Assembly: GCA_965112735.1 (NCBI GenBank)
Contig: OZ218962.1
Location: forward strand, 372,001-436,000
Source: Phaeosaccion multiseriatum
Lineage: Eukaryota; Protista; Ochrophyta, other classes
Direction: 5' to 3'
DNA: 64,000 nt
Under the pieces are notes generated by a model that saw only the letters and a list, made by a program, of their open reading frames with translations, made no database searches and had not been told where the DNA came from. Positions 12,159-25,407 of the stretch are shown in pieces. Both the position numbers and the translations under genes were made by a program. Position 1 is the stretch's first letter; each line of letters starts with the position of its first letter.

Positions 12159-14318
12159 TCAATGCGTGTCTTGCTTCGCCCACCTGGAAGCGTCATCGGC
12201 TCCACGCATGCCTGCGGCCACTTCCAGCACGTTGTCGGAAGACACGCCCCTCTCCTGCGGCGGTAGGCCCCTCTCCTTGCCGAAGGTCACGTCGCACGTC
12301 CGCATCATATCCGCAGGGCTTTGCGAGTCGAAGTACCGCTTGTCTGCCATCAGAAGACGGTCACGGACCTCTTGCGGGAGACCCAGCTCTCGAGCCGCAG
12401 TCAGAGCCTTGCCCACAGACGCCCCTGCGCAGAGAAGCTCGTGCATCGCCCCTCCATGATTGTGGTATGCTGCGAAGAAGAGGGGAGTTCCTCCTCTGCC
12501 ATCCTCGCTATCCACCTCTGCCCCCGCCTTGACCAGGAGGTGCTGCATAAGGCCATGTCCTTCGCTCGCGGCGTAGTGCAGAGCAGTACGGCCGTGGTGG
12601 TCATGTCTATCCACGTCTGCCCCTGCCGATAGGAGCTCACGCAGCAACTCAGCGTGTCCATGTTGCGCTGCCACCATGAGAGCAGTAGTCCCCATATCAT
12701 TGGGTGCATCCACCTCAGCCCCGGCCGTGAGCAGGATGTGCAGGGCATGCCCATGTCCGGCGCTAGCAGCGTAGTGCAGAGCCGTAACCCCCTCCGCGTC
12801 ATGTCGATCCACGTCTGCCCCTGCCGATACGAGCTCACGCAGCACCTCAGCGTGTCCGGTAGCCGCTGCCGCCATGAGAGCAGTCATCCCCTCCGCGGCA
12901 TGTCGATCCACGTCTGCCCCTGCCGATATGAGCTCACGCAGCAACTCAGCGTGTCCATTACCCGCTGCCGCCATGAGAGCAGTAAACCCCGTCGCGTCAT
13001 GTCGATCAACGTCTGCCCCTGCCGATACGAGCGCACGCAGCACCTCCGCATGTCCACTACCCGCTGCAAACATGAGAGCAGTCCTCCCCTCCTCGGCATG
13101 TCGATCCACGTCTGCCCCTGCCGATATGAGCGCACGCAGAGCCTCAGCGTGTACATTATCCGCTGCCACCATGAGAGCAGTCATCCCCTCCGCGTCATAT
13201 CGATCGACGTCTGCCCCTGCCGATATGAGCTCACGCAGAGCCTCAGCGTGTCCACTAAGCGCTGCCGCCATAAGAGCAGTAACCCCCTTTGCGTCATGTC
13301 GATCCACGTCTGCCCCTGCTGAGATGAGCTCACGTAATACCCCACCGTGTCCGCAGCCCGCGGCCTCGATGAGAGGTGTCCTTCCGTCATCATCAGCTGC
13401 ATCCACCTCGGCATCTGCTGCGAGGAGCCGCCTCGCTATCTCTGTATGACCTTTGCCGCTGGCCACAAGAAGTGGCGAAGTTCCGTTGTTGCTCAGTTGG
13501 TTCACATCTGCGTTGCTGGCAAGAAGCAACTTCACCACCTCCTCTTGACCACTTGACGCCGCGAACAGAGGTGTAGCTCCGTTGTTGTTGGCTCGATTCA
13601 CATTGGCGCCCCCCGCGAGTAAAGCTCTGACGACTTCTGTGTGCCCACAGTCTGAAGCTGCACTCAAGGCCGTCCCCTTGTCAACTGCTTGATCTAAATC
13701 AGCACCGGCCTCCATCAGTATCTGCACGATGTTCAGATGGCCCCTTACACATGCGAACATCAATGGCGTTAAAACATCAGGAGTCATCGCTTTGAGGTTT
13801 GGAGATGCCCCTTCCCCCAATAGAAGCTCCACGATGTCTGCTCTACCCCCAAACGCCGCTGCTGTCATTGGGGTGTGCCCGTCAGCACATATCGCGGCGT
13901 CAAGGCAAGCCTTCCTTCCCCCCTCTTTGGCGACGAAGGCGCTGATGGCTTGTTTGACCTCCTTTTTACTCTTGCCCCCCCTGATGGCCTTGTAGAGGCG
14001 CGTGGCCTTGTATCGGCCCAGGAAGGAGAGAATCAGGGAAGGCAAAAAGACCGTAAAACCAGAGGGGCGGTGAGTCACTGCTCTCGGGAGGCGACCCGCT
14101 TAAGGGCGAGCCCTTTGCAAGCCAGAGGGATGGAGTGGAGAAGAAGCGGCAGAGGGATGATAACGCGCATTGCCAAAGTCTTCGAATGCACTCCGGTTCA
14201 ACAAACAGTGCGGCGATACCAAGCGCTTCCAATGGTAGCTGCCCCGTCTCCGCCCTCCCTTCTGTAAACGTACCTCTCCGCTCACTCGAGGGGGGGGTCC
14301 TCCGCTGCTCTGGGCCAT
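12159..14318 (-). CDS. Ankyrin-repeat protein ANK-4, intact, ~630 aa with 15 repeats and a conserved C-terminal segment. Exons 14318-14274 and 14006-12159
   Basis: The ORF is uninterrupted, contains canonical 33-aa ankyrin repeats and has the family splice pattern. Confidence 0.9.
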
Positions 14319-14701
14319 GCTGGCGCGCCGAGAGACGAAAGAAAGCCTGTAGCAGGGCTAACAGCAGGAGGCCCTCAGAGACGGTATTCACTCTGCACCG
14401 CCACCATCGCGCTTGCTGCTGAAGCAACTCCTTCTCTCTCCCGGCAGCTAGAGATTCATTCCCCCGGGGGGGGGGGGGGGCTGGTGCCAACAAACTTGTA
14501 CTCACACTCCGATCTGTAGGGCGCCCTTGTGGCTCACAGCACCCTCAACAACACGGAGTACGGAGCGCTTGTAGCCTCAATGCAGAGCATAACCCCCACA
14601 CTCATGATGATGACACGCTGCTTTTCTGTGTTATCCATTGTACCCGTGCGCGAGGGCAACGTCACGTCCCTAACCTCACTACCTTTTACGTGTGTGTGCG
14701 C

Positions 14702-15049
14702 TGTTGTAGTACTTACGGGATGACAAGCGAGCCGAAGGAGAGACGGAGACAGCCAGTCCGGCCTGCCCGCAGGCAGACGAGAGAAGAAGAAGACTTGATA
14801 TAGATTGATTAAGATGTGAAGAGAAGTGTAGAGTGAAGAGCACAAGAGGTTAAAAAATCACTGAGAATGGATAGAAGAGACTACTGAGGTTGACACGTAC
14901 GGGCTATTGGCAACGTAGAGACTATTCGTTAAGGGGTATAGTGAGATAGGTGTGTGGGCAGCTCTATCCCCCCTTATATCCAGGTGAACATAAGTCAGGG
15001 ATTTCCGTAACTGTGAGTGATCCGAAGGCAGAACACATTCACTATGTCA
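14702..15049. mobile_element. Probable solo LTR (348 bp)
   Basis: The insertion is absent from the paralogous sites at ~1735, ~5225 and ~11000. It starts TGTTGTAGT and ends ACTATGTCA (TG...CA). It is flanked by a 5-bp duplication with one mismatch: TGCGC (14697-14701) and TACGC (15050-15054). Confidence 0.8.
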
Positions 15050-16404
15050 TACGCGTGCGCCTCACAGCAGTCGAACTGCACCCCCCTTCTTTGGCTCCAA
15101 CCCCCCCACTACTCTCATCATACTCCGAGCTAATAAGCTCCAGTATTCACCCCCCCCCCTCTCCCTCTCCCTCCTCCCTCCTGGAGGATGCCTCACGGCC
15201 CTCCACTGCTAGACTCCGTTCCGAGCGGCCCGCGCCCTAAATGGAGCACCGCCTTCTTCTCACAGCTCGTGACGCTGGGTGCTCTCCCGCCACCACCCTC
15301 ACGCCCCTCAATCCGCTTGCTCATGATGTTTCGTTTTCGCTACCCGTGCTTCTGCCCTCGCATCTCTCTCAGACACAGCCCTCTGCTTCAGCGCATTTCC
15401 TCGGCCATGCCCTCCAACGTCTCGCTCTGCATGCCTCCGGGCCTCTCCAGCAGTGGCACCCCCTTCTCCGCATTAGATTCACCACGCGCAGACCCCTCAA
15501 TATGATGCTTCGTCCGTCCGTCTGAGTCACTGCTCAGCTTCAGAATCCATGGAGGCATCACCGAGAGGAGGTGCTACTCTGTGCTGGGCTTGGTTGGTTG
15601 CCGGAGACGGCGACAAGCAGCTAGGGGACTCTGGATTGATCAGGCGGGTGACGAGCGTGACCAAGGGAAGCGATGGATGTAGTTACTGTATTTGATGTGA
15701 TTGGGAGGCTGCTGCTAGCTACTGCAGGAGGAAGCGCCTTGTTCGACTAATGGGATCCCTCTTCCCTTTTAGTCGAGGTTCTACTCGTACAATCGAGGCT
15801 CTACTTGTAAAATCGAGGCTCCACCATATTTGTAGAATCGAGAGGCCTGCTACGTTCTTCCCTGCTCCCGCTCTGCGTGGCGTGCCCTTCCTTGTTCGTT
15901 GCTCGTTGCTTCGCTTCGCGCTGGCTTCTCCCCGTGGATACGAACCGATCCCCTCCGACCGACAGGAAGAGCGCAAAGAGAAGCAAGTAAGTGAGTGCAC
16001 GGCACGACGCACAGGGCGGGCACCGGCTCCATCAATGGGTCCCGACACCTGGCACTCCCCCGCCCTCCTCGGGAGCGGGGTGTCGAGATAGGCCTTAAAG
16101 GAAGGAAGGACGGGGGGAGGGGGCAGGCTGCAGAACATCCCCGGCCCTGAGCTCTCGCTCGGCCCGGCGCTTTGACCCTGACCCCCTTGTGCTCTGCGCA
16201 GGTGAAGCCTGCCTATATGCCTCTACTGCCCCCCTTCCCCTCCTGGGCCCTGTGACCGCGCTGCTCGCACTCATCTCTACTGCCGCCGCCGCCGTCAGAC
16301 ATCAACCCATCCCGCAGGTGCGTGCGTGCGTGCGTGCGTGCGTGTAAACCTGTGTCAGTGCGGGCAGCCTCCGTGCCACGGGAGCTCCAAGTGCAGTCTC
16401 TCTT

Positions 16405-17377
16405 TCAGTAGTTTTTGTGTCTTCCGAAAGAGATGCCCCCTGGCCGGCCGAACGCCCCCCCGCCCACGATTGAGGAAGAAGTGCCCCCCCCTGCCCCTGC
16501 CACACCCCCCGCCCCGTAGCCAGCGAGGCCCGTCCCGGCTCCTCTCGACATACCCCCAAACCCTCCCAAGCCACCCAGGCCCTGCGCTCCCACCCCTCCT
16601 CCTCCTCCTCCTCCTCCTCCTCCTCCTCCTCCGCCTCCCACCCCTCCTCCCAAGGGTACTCCCAGGCCTCCGACGGGCATGCTAAAGCTGCTCCCGCCGC
16701 TCCCTCTTCTGCCGCCACTGCCCAAACCCAACGTGCTGCCTCCTCCCCCATACACGCCATTGCCCATGAGGCTTGCTCCTCCCCCGGGGGGCTTGTACTG
16801 CTTGGTGGCGCTGCCCTGCCCTGACCCCGGGCCGTACCTAGCAACGCCTCTAAACCTGCCTCCTCCTCCGCCTCCTCCGCTGCTCCCCAAACCCCCTCCT
16901 CCGCTACTCCCTAACCCTCCACCTCCACCCACCACCCCGCCTCCTCCTCCTCCTCCTCCTCCTCCTCCTCCTCCTCCTCCTCCTCCTCCTCCTCCCCCTA
17001 TTGCTGACGAAATCCCCGCATTATTTGGGGCTGTGTAGACCCCCAAGGCAGGTTTGGTGCCGCCCGCACTGGTGCTATACAAGCTCCCTCCACCGCTATA
17101 TAAGCTCCCCCCCCCAGGGGGTGCGCCTGTACTGCTGCTATAGAGGCTCCCTCCCCCTCCCCCTATTGATGCCCTTTCCCCTCCTCCTCCCCCTCCCCCT
17201 CCTGCAAAGCTGCTGCCGCCCATCCCAAGCGAAAACTCGCTCCCTGTCCCTGCCCCTGTCGCCGCTATACCGCTCTTCATGGCCTGATATGACGCATTCT
17301 GCTCCTGCCCATGTTGTTCGTGCTGCTGGTGCTCGTGTTGTTGGTGGTGTAGTTGCTGCTGCATCCCTTGCTGCTGC

Positions 17378-17414
<37 letters not shown>

Positions 17415-18302
17415 TCCCTTGCTGCTGCACCCCCCCACACCCTCCTGCCACCGGAAGTGCGGGCGCGAGCGTGGCCTGCACCTGAAAGAACGGATATTGA
17501 AGCGCCTGACTAGCGGTGGGCCGCTTGCTCGGATCGAAGGCCATGAGATCCGTCATGAGCGTCAAGGCCTCCGGGGAAGCATTGGGGATGAGCTGGCTCA
17601 GCGGCGTGGGGACGAACTGGGGAAAGCGGAAGCCCATTTGGCCGGCCAGCTTGATGCCTTCTGGCCAGTTTTGGGCATTGGGGGAGCCCAACACGGAACA
17701 GATTTTGTAAATCTCGTCGGGTTCGCTGGAGCCGGGGAAGAGCGGTCTGAGCGTAAAGAGCTCTGCCATGATGGTGCCGCAGGCCCACGTGTCGATGGGG
17801 GAGTTGTAGCGTGTTTTGCGGAGGAGGACTTCCGGAGCGCGGTACCATCGCGTGGATACGTAGTCGGTGTAGGGTGGGGCGCTGCGGACCTCCCTGGCGA
17901 GACCAAAGTCCGCTACCTTGACTGTGTCTGAGGGGAGGGGGGATGGAGAGGGAAAGAGAGAAAGGGAGGAGAGAGAGAGATAGAGAGAGGGAGAGAGGGA
18001 GGGGGGTGAGAGAGGGCGAGGGAGGGAGGATGGCAACGCGTCAACTTGTCACACAGTGTGTGTCACTGCGTCGGCGGGGGTGTAGCCCTCGTTAGGAGAG
18101 ACGAAGCAAAGGCGCTGGGTAGGTGAGTTCACTGACAACCTCACCACCTTGCTTGCCTGCCCCACTGCCTGCCTGACTGCCACACTGACTGATTGGCTGA
18201 CTGACTGACTATCTGACTGATTGACTGACTGATTGACTGACTGACTGACTGACTGACTGATGGACTGACGGACTGACTGGCTGACTGACTGACTGACTGA
18301 CT

Positions 18303-18334
<32 letters not shown>

Positions 18335-18466
18335 GACTGACTGACTGACTGACGGACTGACTGACTGACTGATTGACTGACTGACTGACTGACTGACTGA
18401 CTGACTGACTGACTGACGGACTGACTGACTGACTGGCTGACTGGCTGACTGGCTGACTGGCTGACT

Positions 18467-18507
<41 letters not shown>

Positions 18508-19312
18508 GCTGACTGGCTGACTATCTTGCTTCCTTCCTCCCTCAGTGACTGACGAAGTGACTGGCTGGGTACTGACCTCCTTTCACGAGCATATTCTCGG
18601 GCTTGATATCCCTGTGAAAGAAGCCGTGTTTGTGCATGAACGAAAGCCCTTGGAAGATCTGGTACATAATGTTTCTAATCTTGCCCTCGGGCAAAGCCCT
18701 GTCCCTCTTCTTGGTGAGCTCGTAGAGATTGCCCTCCATGTATTCGAACACGAAGAACAGCTCGTCGTTCTCGCGGATCACCTGAGGGCGGGCATATGGG
18801 AAGGCATACATGCAGGCATATGGGCAGACGTGCGGACAGGCAGATCGGCAGGCACTGAGATGCATGCACAGACAGAGTGACTGACTCCCGTACTGCAGTC
18901 CTCCTTCGCCTGTACAGTGTCCATTGCAGCACTCCTTCGCCTCTACAGTATCCACATTCGCCTTCGTCTTGGCCGAACCCAAAGCAAAGCCATGTCTGTG
19001 TCCACGACCCACGCAACTGAGACAGATACGCATGCCCATATGCCCGTACATTCATAACAACTGAGACAGACTTGCATGCCCGTGCTCGTGTACCCGTACA
19101 CACGCACATACCTCCTTGAGCTTGACAATGTTGGGGTGGTTGAGCTTCTTGAGCGACTTGACCTCTCTGAGCTGCATGCACTCCTCCCAGCTGTAGAACT
19201 TCTTCTTCATCTTCTTGATGGCCACAATCTCGCCCGTCTGTCTATTTACGGCCTTGATCACGCTGCCGTAGGTACCGTCCCCCAGCTGCTTGGTTTGTTT
19301 GTACCGATTCAT
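16405..19312 (-). CDS. MAK: MAK/ICK (RCK family) Ser/Thr kinase, ~642 aa, with a poly-Q and Gly-rich tail. Exons 19312-19112, 18781-18577 and 17927-16405
   Basis: Motifs [41 protein letters not shown] and DFGLAREV, with activation loop [16 protein letters not shown] (TDY). Exon phases are consistent. Confidence 0.92.
18184..18522. repeat. (GACT)n microsatellite in MAK intron 2
   Basis: Directly visible tetranucleotide array. Confidence 0.95.
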
Positions 19313-19550
19313 GATGACTGGCCTGACTCAGGCCTGTCTCACTGACTCAACCAACCAACTTCTCCCCTCCAATATAAGGGGTCCTTCCCCTCAGCCTTGC
19401 CCTTGCCCTTGCCCTTGCCCTTGTCACGGCCTCCTCCTCTTCCTCCTCCTCCTTCGGCCGCCCGGGTGGGAGTGAAGGGCACAAGGCCCTGCTGCCTGCC
19501 CCTCGCTGATATCGTCCTGGGGAGGAGGCACAGGAGGGAGATCGTGGGCA

Positions 19551-19673
19551 GAGTAGAGGCATATGGGCAGAGGAGGGATACTGTTAGCCAGAGTAGATGT
19601 ACACAGCTGGAGGAGGGATACTGTCAGCCAGAGTAGAGGCATATGGGTAGAGGAGGGATACTGTCAGCCAGAG
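19551..19673. repeat. 40-bp minisatellite, three copies, upstream of the MAK start codon
   Basis: Unit gagtagaggcatatgggcagaggagggatactgttagcca, repeated with variants. Confidence 0.85.
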
Positions 19674-21343
19674 GCGCAGCACAGACGATCCGACAGGGGG
19701 GAGGAGAGCATGTCACGAAGTTTCCTTTCCCCTCCTCCCCTCTTCTTCCAGCCTTCCCCACCACCACAAACGCAATTATGGCGTCCAGCACCAAACAGGG
19801 GATGTGACTACTCAGCCCAGGAGAGGAGGGGGTGGCCCACGTGGCCCACTCAGCACCCGATACCCAACCAACGCTACTATAACAGGGGATGGGTCAGGGT
19901 TAGTCTTACAGAGGGCGGAGGAGGAATAAAATCAGAGAGGTAGGGTGACTTGAGGGTGAGGGAGGAGGGGGGGTGGCGAAAAGCAGGCCAGGTGACTGCC
20001 AAACAGAAGGGCAGCTCTGAATCTGCAGCTGCGGTCACATGACTCCCGGCCTCCCACCCTTCCTAAGTCAAGTCAAGAGGCTCTCTCGCTCGACAATGCC
20101 CCCCTCCTCCGCTCCTCTGCCCCCCTTCACCCCCATGTCCAAGCCGTCAATGTACTCGCTAGAGCAGCCCCACCGTAGGGCCCTTCGCGAGTGCAAAGCG
20201 CCTCAAAGAATAATTCGGGGGGGGGGGGAGGACCTCCCTCGCGCAGGAAATAGGTCAGCGTATGCATCCGCACTCCTATGGTGTGGGAATGGAGACTTAC
20301 CAGCGGAACAGTTTTCTCTCTCTCTCTCTCTCTCTCTTCCTCTCGCTCTCTTTACCCCCCCTTCCCCCAGTCCTCGCCCGCCTCGGGGTGGCCCTTTGGA
20401 CCGGAAGCAAATCAGCTGGCGAACCGAATTCTAAGAGAGCACAGCCTCGGCAGCATCTGGTAGTGATGGACCTCCGCAGTGGTGTGACCCTCTCCGACTG
20501 ATGATGCTGTGCCTACGTCCTTGCGCCCTCCTTCCCTCGCAAAGCCACGCGCTCAAAATCTCACAACCAGCCCGACCCGCGTCTCCTGGGACCGCTTGTG
20601 CTGCTAGTCTCACTGCTGCTGCTCAAGCAAGACCAGATTCAAGCCATGCGCTTCTAAGCGATTCATCTTGTCCCGGCAAGTAGCGTTTGTTGCTCCCTGT
20701 GATACGGCCGGTGGGGGGAACAAAAGCAAATGTGTTCCGCGTCCCTTCTCCTCCAAAGCTCGGCCTCTGAGCGCAGCAGCAGTACAGCGCTCAGTAAAAG
20801 TACGCCTCGGTCAGGTTTGGAGCATTCTCCTTGCCTCACAGCTCCATTGCATTCACCAAAAAGTCTCTCTACCAAGGCGGTTATGGATCACTGGCAAGAC
20901 TTTTCAAGTCGAGCACCTCGACTTTCTCAGAGGTTGGGGGTGCCTGGAGCGCTCGTTATTTGCAGCGCATAAAGAAAAGAGATTACGAGCTGATCTGACG
21001 AAGGACGCTTTACATCGGAGGAGGAAAGTCACTGCTTCAGGTGGGACGAAGTGTGGAGGGGCAGGATCGTTCAGAGGCGTATGTGCTTGCGTGAAAGGGA
21101 CGGCAGGAATAATGCATGCTCATGTCTTGAAGGACTGCCCTTGCTATGAATGTCTCTGTTTCTTTTCGCCTGCAACTTGGCTGGATACACCACTCGTTTT
21201 GCTGTTGCTATTCTGCGGGACGCCTTCGCTTCATGATCAAGACTGGCATCTACTCACTTGCACGCACATTTGGCGCCATCTCTCTGCCTCTCTATCCTCT
21301 CCTCCTCTCCCTGTCTCTCCATCCATGTCTCTCGCCTCCCTCC

Positions 21344-21377
<34 letters not shown>

Positions 21378-21413
21378 GTCAACAGCAGCAGCAGAAGCAG
21401 CAGTAGGACCAAG

Positions 21414-24335
21414 ATGGTGGCGCCGCCCAGACGAGGTTGCGCAGCACTGGCTTCGGTGCTGGTAGTGACATGCTCTCTCCTCGCCCCCGCGCTCTCCTTC
21501 CACATCTCCGGTAGCTTCACACCCATTAGGCAACAGCAGCAGCAGCAGCAGAGTAGAAGACATGGTCGGCATTCCAGCACGGTCATGTCATCGCTAGGCC
21601 CCCTCAAGCAAGGGGAGAAAATAGGAGCCTCAGATGGACAGTTCTTCCCCTTTGCGTCATCCCTCGGATCCCTCATGTGAGACTCTATCTTGGCGCTGTC
21701 GTACCCGTGTGCTTTTTGGTGCCGGCGTTGGTCATCCCGTGGATCAGACAGAGGAGGAGAGAGGGGAAGGGAGCAGAGCGAGTACCCCCGTTTGCAGCAA
21801 GGGATGTCTGGTCATGGACCGTATGTGTCTGTGGTATGGCCGTGCGTGCCTCTACGCTGAAAAGGCTCCCCCACATCGCCAGGTCGGAGAGAGGTGGCAT
21901 GGAGCATGAGCGAAAGTGTTTCCACGCACTCGCAGCTACACGCCCCCCTCTCCTCCCTTGAAGGGTCAATGGCTCAATGGTACAGCCATCATCCTCCCTT
22001 GAAGGGTCAATGGCTCAATGGTACAGCCGTCATGCCCCCCCGATGACTGCACTCGTCTCCCTCTAACCCCGTCGCTGACCTTGACCCGATTCTGACTCGA
22101 CCCCACCCCTCCCGCCCTCCCCTCCCTCCCTCCAGCTCCGCCCCCCGGAGCGGCACCGCCCTCCAGGCCAAGAAGGCAAATGAAGGGCCCAACAAGGAGG
22201 AGAAGGACGGATCAGCAGGCGTCCGACAGCTGCTCGGCCTCAAGGGAGCCTCCGGCACAGACGATCTCCTCAAGGTAAAGGAATGTGTCACGACTCACCC
22301 ACTCCCTTCTCACTCCTTTTCATACCGGCCTTATGTATGCCTCCTATCGCTTGCAATGGCCACGCCTACTCTATGAGCCGAGCACCTCCCTTCCCTTGCC
22401 TTCTCCCAAGTCAACGTACGCCCCGCTTGGCTGAAACTCAAGCTTCCTACCCCCCATACCTCTCAATAGTAATAGTGTGTACCTAACACACGACACCCCC
22501 CCACCACCCCCTCAATCTGTCTGAAACCGCCCCCTCTAAACTGGAACTGGCCCTGTGCCCCTTCTTGGGGTTCCCTCCCTCGTCCCTCCCCCATCAGATC
22601 CGCCTCCAGCTCACCAAGCCCGTTACTTGGATCCCCCTCATCTGGGGTGTGGTGTGCGGCGCTGCTGCCTCTGGCAACTACCACACCTGGAACCCTTTCA
22701 GCTCGTCCCCTGTGCCACTGGACGAGGCCGGTGTTGACTTGGCCAAGGCGATTGCTTGCATGATCCTGTCCGGGCCCTTCCTCACAGGCTACACGCAGAC
22801 CATCAACGATTGGTAAGCATCCCAAGTGCGCGACTACGACACTCAAACACCACACACGTTGTTGTTGCTCAGTTCTCAGTTACAGCTCAGTTTAGTTCAT
22901 CAGACCTTGTCCAATATCGACGTAGATCCGCAATTATCGACCCCAGCATCTACCACCCGTGTCGACCGTATAGTCTGGAGAAACTCAAACAGACAGACAC
23001 CTGACACCTGACACCCGCAAACCCATACACCTCTTGCCCCCCCCCCCCCCCCCCCCGCTTGCAGGTACGACCGAGAGATTGACGCCATCAACGAGCCCTA
23101 CCGCCCCATCCCCTCGGGTGCCATCTCCGAGAAGCAGGTCATCGAGCAGATTTGGTTCCTGCTGCTGGGCGGGCTGGGCATCGCCTACGGGCTCGACGTG
23201 TGGGCCGGGCACGACCTTCCCGTGATCCTCCTCCTGTCCCTCGGAGGCTCGCTTGTGTCCTACATTTACTCCGCGCCCCCACTCAAGCTCAAGCAGAATG
23301 GGTGGATTGGTAAGTGTGTGCGTGCGTGCGTGTGTGTTGTGTGTGTGTGTGTGTGTGTAGGGAACGGCATAAGAGGGAGGGAGATGAGGCGAGAAGACTC
23401 GTCTCTCGGGTACGCCTCAGCTCGACTGTGAAGGAGCGAACCACATTGCAACCTTCCAACGCCCCCCTGCCTCCTCCCCTCCCCTCCCTCCCTACCCATA
23501 TGCCTGCCCCACCCCGTCCTTCAGGTAACTACGCCCTCGGCTCCTCCTACATCTCCCTCCCCTGGTGGTGCGGACAGGCCATGTTCGGCACGCTCAACTG
23601 GCAGGTGGTCATCCTCACGCTGCTGTACAGCTGGGCAGGCCTGGGCATCGCCATCGTGAACGACTTCAAGTCCGTGGAGGGAGACCGCGCCATGGGCCTC
23701 AACGTAAGTGCTGCCTGGCCTTACTGCTGTTGCTGAATTAAGCTTCCGTAAGCCTCAGCTCTCTCTCTCTCTCTATAAGCCCAGCCTTTGCTAAGCTGAG
23801 CCTTGCCCTTCCCCTCTCCTCTCTACCGCTGTAGTAGCGAGGAGCGAGTGGGTTTCGAAGTGTCACAAGCGAGTCCTTCGGGAAGGAAGCACCGTCCCTC
23901 CCCTCTCCTCCCCTCCCCTCCCTGGCAAAGTACACATACTACGCGTCTCTGCTGCTCTTCTTCCTCTAACCCCTCTCTCCCTCTCCCCTGCTATCACCAT
24001 CACCACCCCCCTGTCCCCGTCCATCCGTCCCTCCCTCCCTCCCCTCCCAGTCCCTCCCTGTGGCGTTCGGCGTAGACACGGCCAAGTGGATCTGCGTGGC
24101 CTCCATCGACGTGACGCAGCTCGGCATCGCGGCGTGGCTCGCCTCCATCGGAGAGACCACCTACGCTGCTGTCCTCACCGGGCTGGTGCTGCCCCAGATC
24201 TTCGCGCAGTTCAAGTACTTCCTGCCCGACCCTGTGGAGAACGATGTCAAGTATCAGGCCACCGCGCAGCCCTTCCTCGTGTTCGGCATCCTGTGCACGG
24301 CCCTGGCGGTGGGGCATCACGACTTTACCGTGTAA
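21414..24335 (+). CDS. chlG: Chlorophyll synthase (UbiA prenyltransferase family), ~441 aa, with a bipartite plastid-targeting presequence. Exons 21414-21676, 22136-22274, 22598-22812, 23065-23309, 23525-23703 and 24051-24335
   Basis: Motifs RQLLGLKGA, IRLQLTKPVTWIPLIWGVVCGAAASG, QTINDWYDREIDAINEPYRPIPSG, VNDFKSVEGDRAMGL and NDVKYQATAQPFLVFG. The N-terminal hydrophobic signal ends in ALS-FH (ASAFAP-like). Confidence 0.95.
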
Positions 24336-25407
24336 ACTCTTTGCTGAAGCTGTTGATGAGTTGCAAGTGTTGGTTGGTTGGTGGATGGAGTTTCGATGTT
24401 TGATTGCAATTGCTTCAGTGGGCAGCAGAGTAGGCAGCAAGCAGTCTGTCAACCAAACAAAGTTTTGTTGCTGTTGTGTGTTGACTGGAGAGGGTAGGCC
24501 AGTTCGAAGTTAAAGGTCAGTGGACACGGGACGGGGGCGCGTGGGCGGAGGTTGGGTTGCGGGTCAGGGAGGGAGTTTGGGGTTTTATTTTTATATGAAA
24601 GATTACTTGATCAAGGAGGCAGACTCTTGATCCGAATGAGCTCACAAAAGCGCGGAGCTTGTTGGGCTCTTGGCAGGTGCGATAGGCACCAGCCACTTGG
24701 ACGCTGTAGATTTTGAGAAGGGGTATTTTAATTGCCAAGACACACGAGTTGCTTGTTTTTTTTTGGCGAGGAACACACCACCCACAAGGATTGCCCCCGC
24801 AGAAAACTCACTTCTGCGTCGCTGTTAGGCACAGCTGTACACGGAGTGTGAAGCGGCGGCCAGATCGCAGAAGACAAGGCTTGAAAGAGAGAACGCACTT
24901 GTAGAAGGCAAGGCTTGAAAGAGAAGGCGTAATTCTCAAGGCGCAGAGAGCGCCGCCGGAGAGGGCGCTGCTGTTCTCCCAAGTGGACGCCGAAGCGTGC
25001 AGGAGAGGATGCAAACGGAAGAAGGCCAGCACTGAAGTACAAGTTCAGCATCAGAGTGAGGGCATGGAGGGAAAGTAAGGTTGGACCTCCGACATACATA
25101 TTCCTTCAGGGGCCTCCTAGAGGCGACATATCGTCGAAGAAGTAGCATGTGCGTGTGCCGTCTGCCTCTTGTGTAGGCGTTGGCGGTGCTGCCCCCGTGC
25201 TTGCTCAGGTGGGACGACTGGAGGACGGCGACGCAAACCCTGAGCAGCTCATGATGGTACTTGAATATATTACAATAATGTCTGTGATGCCTGCCGTACC
25301 GGACACCATCAACAGAGCCGCGCACTTTGGACTGAATTAACATAACAAAGTGCGTTTGCCTGTGGACCTTCTCGTAGTTGTTGTTCCCCTTCACGCATTT
25401 ACACCTC

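Larger units (their letters stand above)
1..17459. repeat. Tandem segmental duplication, unit = [ANK-a][ANK-b][intergenic][3' end of MAK gene]. Copy 1 is <1-7599 and copy 2 is ~7600-17459
   Basis: Near-identical blocks: ~1900-2760 vs ~11300-12160, 2762-4852 vs 12159-14318, and ~5225-7599 vs ~15055-17459. The junction is at ~7600. Confidence 0.9.

Noticed and set aside
3605-14078. ORF-track N-termini MTHRPSGFTVFLPSL... for the ANK genes
   Set aside because: They are GTG-started translations of intron sequence. The conserved spliced ATG exon present in all six copies is the better model.
20668-21465. 265-aa ORF upstream of chlG
   Set aside because: It has no motifs, runs through a CT microsatellite and overlaps the chlG start in another frame.
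24700-25400. Short ORFs between chlG and the 7TM gene
   Set aside because: No consistent exon chain or homology could be recognised.
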